In this document: in pieces, positions 35,992 to 45,683 of the stretch
How the letters are laid out: each line of letters opens with the position of its first letter
Numbering within the stretch: position 1 is the first letter of the stretch
Assembly (NCBI GenBank): GCA_965240325.2
Contig: OZ251224.1
Location: forward strand, 3,782,001-3,846,000
Length of the DNA stretch: 64,000 bases
From: Rebecca billardiae RCC1528
Lineage: Eukaryota > Protista > Haptophyta
Direction: 5' to 3'
Program-made: the position numbers and the translations under genes
The notes under the pieces: model-generated
What the model saw: the letters and a program-made list of their open reading frames with translations, nothing else
The model's database searches: none
What the model was told of the DNA's origin: nothing

Positions 35992-37873
35992 TTACTTCGG
36001 CCCTTGTCCACTGCGTTGCGCGTGTTCAGTCTTCGGGTGATCCTGATGCCCATGGTGCTCACCGAAAAGGCTCAGCATCTCAACGACGCCATGCACCTTG
36101 ACCCATTCTGCATGCATCATCTCGTGCGGGACGTCGATGGCGACGCCCGGTTGGTTGAATGCGCGAGCGACCTTGGACACGCGGACCAAGTGCCTGAGAG
36201 CTTCCTCCCCTTGGGGGCTCGTGCCGGCGGCTGCGGCGGGCGGGATGAAGCCGAGCACGCGGCCCACAACCAAGAATGCCAGCGAGCCGAAATTGATCGC
36301 TGCATATCCGAGGCACAAGAGCCCCGCGCCAACCATGGCCCCAGAGAATCCGACAGAGCCGGCAGCTGCGCCGCCGATCACTGGACCGAGCATGGAGCCC
36401 CCCTGCCTCGCCATGTTGTCTGCGTCGCGTGGTAGAGGTGTGGGCGCGCAGGGGAGCGCAGTGAGCGGGCAGCTGTGTAGCAGGTTGCGCGGGCGGGCAG
36501 GCGGATGTATAACATGTTTTGCTCCCGCGCGCTGCCGCCGCAGCCGGCGCTCACAGAAGGTCACAATCGTCTGTGTGGCGGCGTGCTCGTCTCGGAGCTT
36601 TTGAGGCTTGCCAGCGCGCACTGCGGGCATGCCGGGCGTCATCGCGAGGCCCTGCGAGGCGCCAACCACGGCCAGGATACCGACGTGCATCGCCCACCAC
36701 TGGTCGAGGTTGCGCTCCTCCCCTTGACCTTCCTCTGCCACGCTGAAGCCACAGGCCGTGCAGCCCCCGGCAATCGCGAGAGTTAGGCAGGCGATGCCAG
36801 CGAAGAGCAGGCCCAGCGAGAGCACGTCCTGGGGTCGGCACGGATGGCACACGCGAGGCAACAGCCGCGGCGTGAGCTCAGGACGGCGCTGCGCGGGGCG
36901 CCGCGCGCGCGCTCAGCCAAGCCCGGACCTGGAAGGGAGTACCGGTCCAACGGCGCGTCGCCCAGCGGTCGGCCAGGGCGCCGGCGAGAGGGCATGCAGC
37001 AGAGTAGCCGAACGCATAGGCGGACTGCGCCGTCGCCGCGCGGATCGGCTCCACGCCGTTCTGGAGCAGGTGCAGGATCAGCGTGCCGTTCATCACGCCG
37101 AACAGGATCATCGTCAGCATCACGCCGGCGAGAGCGAACACGAGCTGCCGCGTCAGCACGCTCTCGGGGACGTGCTCCGACGGGGGGATCTTCCGTGCAT
37201 CGGCTTGAGCGAGCTGCTTCGAGGCTCTGCGCACCTTCTCCAGACCATTCGTCTTCTGCTTCACTAACCAGCGCGAGCGCGCCACGGAGTACAGCGCGCA
37301 CGGCATGACCAAGGACACAAAAACTGCACTCACGAGCAGCGCAGCCCACACGGTGGAGGCAGATAGAACGCTGGCGGCGATGATAGGGCCAAGCGAAGAG
37401 CCGAGGCCAGTTGAGAGCTCGAAGCAGGCCATGACCGCCGCGTGCCCTTTGGTGATCTCGTCGAGCATGATCGCCAGCGCAGCGTTGGTCGCGCACACGG
37501 TGCCGAGCCCAACGCAAAGGCGGCCCACGACCATCAGCGCAACCGTCGCCTGCGCGGGATCGGGACTGGCGAGGCCGATGACCGGACCGAGGGCGAGGAA
37601 CGTTGCACTCCCAAGCATGGCGATGAGGCCGACGCCGAGGAGGGCCTGGAGACCGAAACGAGACATGAACGCTCGCGCGGGTGGCCCGCCCACCAGCTGC
37701 CCGCAGTTGAATCCCGAGACGATCAGCCCGACGGCGATGCCCAGGTTGGGCACATCGAGTGGCGCAAGGGCGTGCGGGATGATGGCAATCGCGACGCCCG
37801 TGCTCCCCACAGCCGAGAAGCCAACGCCACACACCACCGCGACGATGTCGAGCCGCTCCTTCCAGTTGACCAT
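35992..37873 (-). CDS. Major facilitator superfamily transporter
   Basis: Exons 37873-36929, 36828-36555, 36419-35992 (introns 36829-36928 and 36420-36554, both GT-AG). About 12 hydrophobic segments; motif-A-like FMSRFG and GALADRW; GRLCVGLG; GSSLGPIIA / GSMLGPVIGG. Confidence 0.85.
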
Positions 37874-38766
37874 GGCGGCCAGCAATGAGAGGGGCCGGTG
37901 CGGGTTGCGGCCTGCTCAAGTTTCGGCGGTTTCCCCCACCATCCGGGTAACGAAGCCGGCGGAAACTGGCGGGTGAAGGCGGGAAGCTGGGACGCCGACC
38001 CGTCCGCGCTGCTCGCACCCGGCCGAGCCGCCCGAGCTCGCGCGAAGTCTTTTTTCGTCGCAAGGGGCCGCCGCTATAGCCCTCGTTCGCTCGCAGCACG
38101 CAGCACGCAGGTCTCATCAGGCCACCACCGGCGATGGCGCGGCAGCGACGGCGCGCCTGCGGCCCAGCCGGGCCTGGGGCGGCGCCAGCTGCGCGCGAGC
38201 CTGTGCATGGTGGTGGCGGCTGGGGACGAGGACGGGGACGGTTGGCGGGACGACTGCGAGGGACCTCGGGCAAGAATAGAGGACGCCCAACGCCCCAAGC
38301 CCCAAGGTCTGCTACCATTGACGTGAAGCAACACAGTGGGCTGTGGCCACCCGCAATCGACGCGGGCGGTCCTGAACGGTGCACGCCGGCGTGCGCGCCG
38401 TCAGGCGGGCGGCCAAAGATGACTACGGTGACAAGCATGCGTATCGTAAGTGGTCAGTACTGCTGCCAATTGATGCTGATCATCGATGCGCGCCGCAGCC
38501 GGCGCAGCCTTAGTGCCGCTACCGTCTCGCGGCCGGAGGCTCAGACGTAACTAGTAGTTACGGAGTAGCCTCTCCCTGCTGCCAGCAACTGCTGCAACTG
38601 GCTCCTCGAGTCAACACTGAATATGCGCGCGCAGTCGCGCACGCGCACGCTCTCTGACTCTGATTGATCGCACTACGTCTACGAGCTTGATGCGTGATTC
38701 TCAGTCGACGACCGGGCGTCGACTCTGATCGTCTACTAGTACGGCTAGTCGTAGTAACTAGTAGAC

Positions 38767-39432
38767 TGTCGAAGGAGTTCAAGAGCCCGAAACGACTGAG
38801 CTAAATCGGTTCGCGCGAACCGATTTAGCTCAGTCGTTTCGGGCTCTTGAACTCCTTCGACATAACCGTAAGTCCCCTGTTGGACACCACGCGAGGGGCT
38901 GTAGTCCTGTCCAGTGTTCTGACGGATTTGTTGTCGAGGTTTTTCTCTCCCCGCCTGGTCTTTTCCCAGGTGTCCCGCCCTGCGTGCTCGTCTGCTCTCT
39001 GGCTTCGTAGCCGACTCCGTCTTTTGTGGGCGGTGAGCCCTTCTTGCTGCTGTGGCTTTGTGACGAGGCTCTTTTTGTGTCTTTGTTGTTGACCCGGGCG
39101 ACTGTCCCGGAGGTTGCGCGTCGCGGACCGTGCTCGTTTTCTGTCGTCTTTCTTTGTCGTGGTCATCTCCTTTGTGCTCCCCTCTTTTTTTGTTCGTCTT
39201 TTTGCCGACTCCTCGCTTTTCATTCCCCCCCGGAGCCGCGAGGCTCTCGCGAGGTCGAAAGCGCTTCGCCTGAAAGGCCAAGAGTTCTTATGCCCGCGTG
39301 TCGGTCGCTGGATTCGAACAGGTGACTTTACGGTTATGTCGAAGGAGTTCAAGAGCCCGAAACGACTGAGCTAAATCGGTTCGCGCGAACCGATTTAGCT
39401 CAGTCGTTTCGGGCTCTTGAACTCCTTCGACA
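38767..39432. mobile_element. 666-bp non-autonomous TG...CA element with palindromic terminal repeats and 5-bp TSD (TRIM-like or Ginger-like)
   Basis: Identical 96-bp perfect palindromes at 38767-38862 and 39337-39432. Flanking direct repeat TAGAC at 38762-38766 and 39433-39437. Inverted similarity extends ~20 bp inward. Confidence 0.88.
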
Positions 39433-39575
39433 TAGACAGTTAGTACTTAGAATGAATATAATAGCAGAAATAACCGACGAGTGTCATGACGATATATATA
39501 TATATATATATATATTAACGACGTGGTATATGCAACGGGCAGGCGTCAGAGTCAGCAAGATGTAGCAGTCTCGGA

Positions 39576-40876
39576 TTATGGCCCGCGGTGCAGGGCGGAG
39601 CGCGCAGCGTGGAGCCCGCACCAGCGGGCCCGAACCACGTTTCAAAAAGATCTTTGATCAAGAAAAAAGGGACGGGGGGCGGCGGAAAAAAAGGGACGGG
39701 GGGCGATTTTTAGGGCTGGCGGAGACCGAGTTTCGAGTTTTTGAGTCTTTTGAGATCGCATAGAGAGGTCTATCAGTATCAGGCCAAAAAAAACCGCGCC
39801 CAGCTGATTCCCTTAAGTAAAGTGCGATCTGGACGTCAGCTGGACGTGACATTAGTGTAACGGTTCGTTACGAGCGAATCGTACTCGTCTTCCCGGATCG
39901 CGTGACGTCCGGACTGGGCCACGTCCGGATCGTCGGAGGTGACGTGCCCCGGCACGATGGGCGATGGCGGATATGCGGGACGGCGCCTGCACGTGCCTCC
40001 GGACCCGCCTCCCGCTTGCTGCTCACGCAGTCAGCTGCGACCGTGGCGCATGATCGCAGAAGCAGTGCCGGCAGTACGGCCTGCATCAGCTAGTGCCGCG
40101 CCGTCGTGGCGCGCGCGGTACGGTTGCGCGTTTGCAGCGCTCGCCGCTCGGCGACGGCACGCGCGTGCGGCTCAGGTGTGTCAAATGCGGTCTCGTCGGC
40201 GCGCTTTCGCCTGCCACCTCGTGCACCCGTGCCGCCAGTTTCATCGTCTTCATGAGGACTGCTGCTGCTGTCGCCATCCGCTCTCCATCACCCCGAGTCG
40301 CCGGTCGCGCGGCGCGCGCGGTAGGCACTAGGCAGGGCGTACGGTCACTCACCCGTGCAACGGGTCAAGTGGCCAGAGTACGTCTGGTCGTTGGCTGGCA
40401 CGGGCCGCAGCGCTAAAGCACCCTGCTGTCACACCCGACTCCTTCAGTACTCCGAGCTCCGCGGCACGACTCACTCGGCACGATCGCGGACGGGTCGGAT
40501 CCGAGCTGATCAGCCAGAGTTGGACACAGTTTGGCAGCTACTAGTAGTAATTCCGATGCCGATGGCACGATCGCGGACGGGTCGGATCCGAGCTGATCAG
40601 CCAGTTGGACATTTGGCAGCTAGTTGTCAGACGGACGTCCGATTTGACGACCGGTGCCGGGTGCGGTCTCAGGTCCGCTGCTGTGATTGTGTGAAGTGTG
40701 AATGAGTCTTGCGGTCGCGCAGGCAGGGCGACGGTCGGACTAATATAGCTTCAGTCATCTCAGAACCGACTTCAACTGGCGAACTGCCACTACGGCGGAG
40801 AGCCGCGATTGCACGGCCACCGCGGGCCCCCAACTGCGTTGATTCTATGCAGAAAAGGACCGCGGAACGCGGTCAT
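39576..40876 (+). mobile_element. Helentron/DINE-like element, copy 2
   Basis: Left subTIR 39580-39592 with a nearby inverted copy GCACCAGCGGGCC. Right subTIR CACCGCGGGCC 40818-40828. Hairpin 40858-40874 followed by (AT)n. Confidence 0.7.
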
Positions 40877-41191
40877 ATATATATATATATATATTTATTT
40901 AAGACAGGCTCATCATCGCGATGATGACTCCTCGGAAGGCACTTCCGGTCGGATTCAAAGTCCTAGACTAGAGAGCCAGAGGCCGGCCGACAGCACTGTG
41001 CAAGTCCGAGCCGACCCACGACGTGGCTGTGACGGCGCCGTCGGCCGTGACGCGCGCAATCAGTCATAACGTCAGCAATGGCCGATGATGCCAGGCTCCG
41101 GCCCAGATGGAGAGACCGCCTGGAGACGAGCAGGGGCGTTCTGCGTGCAGGCGAGCGACGGTCGAGCTGATGCGCTGCACGATCGGCATGC

Positions 41192-43901
41192 TCACGCGTA
41201 CAGCTTGTCCAGCTCCTCCTTGTGCCGCGCGACGATCTGCGTGGTGTTGGCCGCCAGGGCGCGCGCGAGAGCGCGTAAGCAGCAGCGCAGCCGCGCGCGC
41301 GCGCGGCGTCGGGGCGGCGGGCCGCGTGCGCACAGCGCTCGCTCGGTGCGCCCGGCCCGCGCCGAGCGACGCACCTGGTTGCGCTTGAGCTTCATCGCGG
41401 CCGTGAGCATGTCGTTCTCGGGCGTCCACGGATCGGCGACCAGCCCGAGCTTCTTGGGGATCTCGAAGCCGACCAGCTTGGCGGCCTTGCACGCCTCGAG
41501 CGCACTCTTGCTCACCTCCTTCACCACGTCTGCGTGCGCGCACAGCTCGTCGAAGCTGCCCGAGATGCCCTTGGACTGCGCGTACGCGCTCACGGCCGGC
41601 TCGTTGGGGCAGGCGAGCGCGATGCAGTAGCTGTGCGTCGACTTGGCGTAGCACATCGGCAGGTCGATGTAGGGCGAGTTCTTGAGCGCGTTCTCCACCT
41701 GCGGCGAACGGGCCGAGGTGGGCGGAGGGAGGGAGGTGGCAGGTGGGCGTGTGCGGCGGGGCGCGCGCGCGCGCGTGGCGGCGTGAGTGAGCGAGCGGGG
41801 GCAGACGGGCGCGCCCGTGCGGGGGAGGCGGGTCGAGGCTGTGCCGCGCGAGGCCCGCGCCACCCACGGCCCAGCCCGGCTCTCGACCCCTGCCGCCCGC
41901 GGCCCAGCCCGGCTCGGCCCGCATCCGCGCGCGCGTCCGTGCGTGCGCGGCCGCACCTTTGAGAGCGCCACGTACTCACCCTGCTGCAGCTTGACGAGGT
42001 CCTTCTTGCGGTCGATGATCATCAGCTGGCCGTCGGGCAGGATCTGGCCGATGTCGCCGGAGCAGAAGTAGCGCACGCCGTCGATCGTCGTGTACTCCGT
42101 CTCGTTCTTCTTCGCCACCTCCGGGTCGGGCTTCTCGGCATCGACCAGGTACCCCTGCGTCACCATTGGCCCGCCGATCAGGATCTCTCCGCGCGGCATC
42201 ATCACGCCCGGCTTCTCCTTGTCCGCGAAGAGGTAGCCGCCCTCGGTGTAGTCGCGCAGCCGGATGCACGCCGCGGCGGTGGGCGGGCCGACGCACGAGG
42301 TGGTGTTGTCCGCGAGGTTGGCGATCACCGTGCCCGCGCACGTCTCGGTCAGCCCGTAGCCCTGCCGCACGGGCGCGTCAAAGACCGTCTGCACGAACTT
42401 TTGCACGTCGGGCGAGAGCGGCGCCGAGCCGGTGAGCATCACGCGCACCTTGCCGCCGAGCAGCGCCTGGATCTTCTTGAAGACGAGCGCGTTGTACAGG
42501 AACCCCGCGCCGATCCCGCCGCGCTCGTAGTTCGCCACGCCGGCGCGCATCGCCGCGTTGAAGAGCGCCTTCACCAGCGGCGAGCCCTTGCTCACCTTGG
42601 CCGTGATCGCCGAGTACACCTTGTCGAGCACCGCGGGGGCGAAGACCATGATCGTGGGGTGGAGCATCGGCGCGTCGCCCACCTGCCCCTTGGCCAGCTT
42701 GACGCCCGTCGACGTGAGCGTGTGCGGCGAGCCGTACCCGATCGCGATCCCGAAGAACATCTGGCACACCTCCGCCGCCATCTCCATGATGTGCGCGAGC
42801 GGGAGGTACGCGAGGTACACGTCCTCGGGGCGGACGTACCCGCCGAGCGCGTGCTTCATGCCCGCCACCGCCGCCATGAAGTTGCCGTGGCTGATCAGCA
42901 CGCCCTTCGGCAGGCCGGTCGTGCCCGACGTGTACATGATCACCGCGATGTCCTCAGCCGTCACCTGCGCCGGCTCGACGGGCGCCGCCGCGCCGTCGAG
43001 CAAGCACTCGTCGAGCGGCTTGACGGACACGCCGCACTTGGAGAGCTTCTCGAGGTCGGACGGCTGCATGTCCGAGCTGATCGTCACGACGTACTTGAGC
43101 TGCGGGCACTGCGACGCGGCGGCCGCGAGCACCGGCAGCAGCTTCGCGTCCGCGACGACGGCGGTGGCCTTGGTCTGGTTGATGCCGTGCACCACACCCT
43201 GAGGCGGGCGGCGGCCGGCCGCGGGGCGATGGGGCGGCGCGATCGGGTTGGGCGGGCGGGCGGGCGGGCCGCGCGCGCACGGGACGGGCGGCGCACCCGC
43301 CTGCACGCGCGCGCGCGCGCGAGCGGCACGCGAGCGGCGCGCGCACCTCCTCGCCGAGCGTCGCATAGATGGTCACCACCGTCACGTCCTGCCGGAACGC
43401 GGCGAGCGCGGCGACCATCCAGTCGCGCTGCGTCTCGGCGTAGATGACGAGGCGGTCCTTGGGCTTGAGCTTCGCGAAGGACACGAGCCCCGCCGCCAGC
43501 TCGCACGCCCGCGCGTGGTACTGCGCGTACGTGAGCCACTCGTACTCGCCAAACGACAGCTTCTCAAACGAGCGCTTCGGGTTGTCCGGGTCGGGCTCGA
43601 ACTCGCGCTTGAGCAGCGGGCGGGCGCCCACGGCGAGCTTGGACGGGTATCGCTTCGCGGTGCGCTCCACCACCGCCCACACGTGCGCCAGCCCCTCGCC
43701 GGGCACGCTGACAAACTTGCCGACCGACGTGGCGCGCCAGAGCACGTTCTTCGAGTCGAGCACGCCGTACGGCTTGGACTCGGGCGGCACCTTGGGCGGG
43801 GAGAGGGCCCAGGTGACCATCATCACGACCACTGCCGTGCATGCGTACACCACGGGCGCCGCCTCAGGCGGCACGCCCAGCGCCGAGGCAACAGTGTTCA
43901 T
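41192..43901 (-). CDS. LACS: Long-chain acyl-CoA synthetase (LACS/ACSL3-4-like), ~721 aa
   Basis: Exons 43901-43347, 43198-41957, 41698-41375, 41236-41192. Motifs IMYTSGTTGLPKGV, YLPLAHI, GYGLTET, GDIG..., IIDRKKDLVKLQQGEYVALSKVE, LTAAMKLKR; N-terminal TM. Confidence 0.95.
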
Positions 43902-44234
43902 GGCGCAGCGGGGGTACTGGAGGCCGCGGCGGCAGCGGCGGCGATCGGTAAGCGCTCTCGGCCGCTCTCGCGTGGCGCTCACGCCCAGCAGGCAGCAGCC
44001 CATTGTTTTTGCTAAATTGCGCAATGGATAATATGGCCACTCGCCGCTGCGCGGCGGCGCGATGCGTGCGCGTGCGAGGTTCCGCGTCATCATTCATCAA
44101 GCTGGGGCCGCGGCGCGGCGCCGCGCCCGCCGTGGAACGGGATCGCTGGAAGTGACCGCGGAAGTTTCGAGAATCGAGGCCGATCGATTCATGGCGGCGG
44201 CCGACCACGGGGTCGCACTAGTCTACGCCGCTCA

Positions 44235-45224
44235 ATGGCGCGCCGACTCGTGAGCGCGGTGACGGGTGGCTTCTCGTACACCGGGCGGTACCTCACGCGG
44301 CGGCTTCTCGACGAAGGGCAGTCAGTTGTCAACCTCACCAGCCACCCGGCGCGGCTCACCGACTTCTCAGACGCCGAGCTGAAGCGCGTGAGCGTCCACC
44401 CGCTGGCCTTTGACGCCCCAGACCGCCTCGAGCGCGCCCTCGCGGGCGTCGACGTCCTGTACTGCACATACTTCATCCGCTTCGCGGTGGGCGACATGAC
44501 CCACGCACGCGCGGTGGACAACCTCGCCACGCTCTTCGACGCCGCGAAGCGGGCGGGCGTGCGCAAGGTCGTGCTGTCTTCGCACACGCACGCCTCCGAG
44601 GACAGCCCGTACCCGTACATCGCGAACAAGGCGCGCGGTGTGGCGGCGCTGCGCTCGTCGGGGCTCGACTACGCGGTCGTGCGCCCGTGCGGCATCTTCG
44701 GCGACAGCCCCACCGAGTCGATCCTGATCAACAACGCGGCGTGGGTGCTGCGCCGCTCGCCGCTGTTCCTGCTCGCGGGCGATGGCAACGACCGATTCCA
44801 GCCGATCCACGTGCGCGACATGGCCGCGCTGATGCACGAGCTCGGCGCGTCCCACTCCACCGGCGAGGAGCGCGACGCGTGCGGACCGGAGGCGCCCACC
44901 GCGCTCGAGTTGTTCCGCGCAATCGCGCGAGCGTGCGGCTCGCCCGCCCTCGTGGCCGCGCCGGGCCTGTCGACGCGGGTGGTCACCGCGCTCACACAGC
45001 CGCTCAACTGGTACACGGGGGACATCCTGCTCGACACGGACGACCTCGAGTTCCTGTGCGGCGGGCTGACAGTCGCGGACGACCCGCACGACCCAGCCAT
45101 CGCGAGCCGGCGCAGCCTCTTCGCTTGGCTGGAGGAGAGCGGGCCGCGGCTGGGCGAGCGCTACGTCTCCTCCTTCTCCACCTACTACGACACGACGCCC
45201 GCGCCGGCAGCGCGCGCCAAATGA
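44235..45224 (+). CDS. NAD(P)-binding atypical SDR / NDUFA9-like epimerase-dehydratase
   Basis: Intronless 329 aa. Rossmann VTGGFSYTGRYL, PYIANK (YxxxK), VVRPCGIFG, FQPIHVRDMA. Confidence 0.88.
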   Translation: MARRLVSAVTGGFSYTGRYLTRRLLDEGQSVVNLTSHPARLTDFSDAELKRVSVHPLAFDAPDRLERALAGVDVLYCTYFIRFAVGDMTHARAVDNLATLFDAAKRAGVRKVVLSSHTHASEDSPYPYIANKARGVAALRSSGLDYAVVRPCGIFGDSPTESILINNAAWVLRRSPLFLLAGDGNDRFQPIHVRDMAALMHELGASHSTGEERDACGPEAPTALELFRAIARACGSPALVAAPGLSTRVVTALTQPLNWYTGDILLDTDDLEFLCGGLTVADDPHDPAIASRRSLFAWLEESGPRLGERYVSSFSTYYDTTPAPAARAK

Positions 45225-45683
45225 TGACGACGGCAGACGCGCGCTAGGCAGCCGAGCGCAAGGTCATGCGACCGTGGACGTGTGCCCAGCGTACCTCAAA
45301 ACAGCTCGATTCTGGCGCCCGCTCGACCTGCACGCGAGACGACCGCGCGCAAAAATATGCGCTGGCGCGGCTGGTGGCGCTGTCAATCAATACTATGTCA
45401 TCAATAAGACTGCGCGTCTGCGAGTGCGCTGTGCGCGTCGTTCACGCTTCCGGGGATGATGATCGATCGGCTCTCGCACGCGTGCTGCTACCCGCCGTGG
45501 ACGCGCTGAGCGTGTAGTACGTACGTATAGTCTCAGTGATAACTATACGACGACTACTATAATAACGGCGCGCTGACGTAATAACGACGACTGCGTCTGC
45601 TTATCATGCTAACGACGGCGCCACTTAATCGGACTTATTCGCGCAGCAGCATATGACGAGCAGTCTGAGTCGCGAATCGGCGA

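Noticed and set aside
38745-39352. 178-aa and 175-aa minus-strand ORFs in the palindromic element
   Set aside because: Non-ATG starts, K/R/T/Q-biased, no integrase/gag/RT motifs; explained by the T-poor strand.
39296-39380. Functional tRNA gene
   Set aside because: A/B boxes are present, but the acceptor, anticodon and T stems do not pair into a cloverleaf.
38767-39432. CRISPR array or hammerhead ribozyme
   Set aside because: Only two long repeats with a 474-bp spacer, eukaryotic context, no cas genes; GAAAC is present but there is no CUGANGA core.
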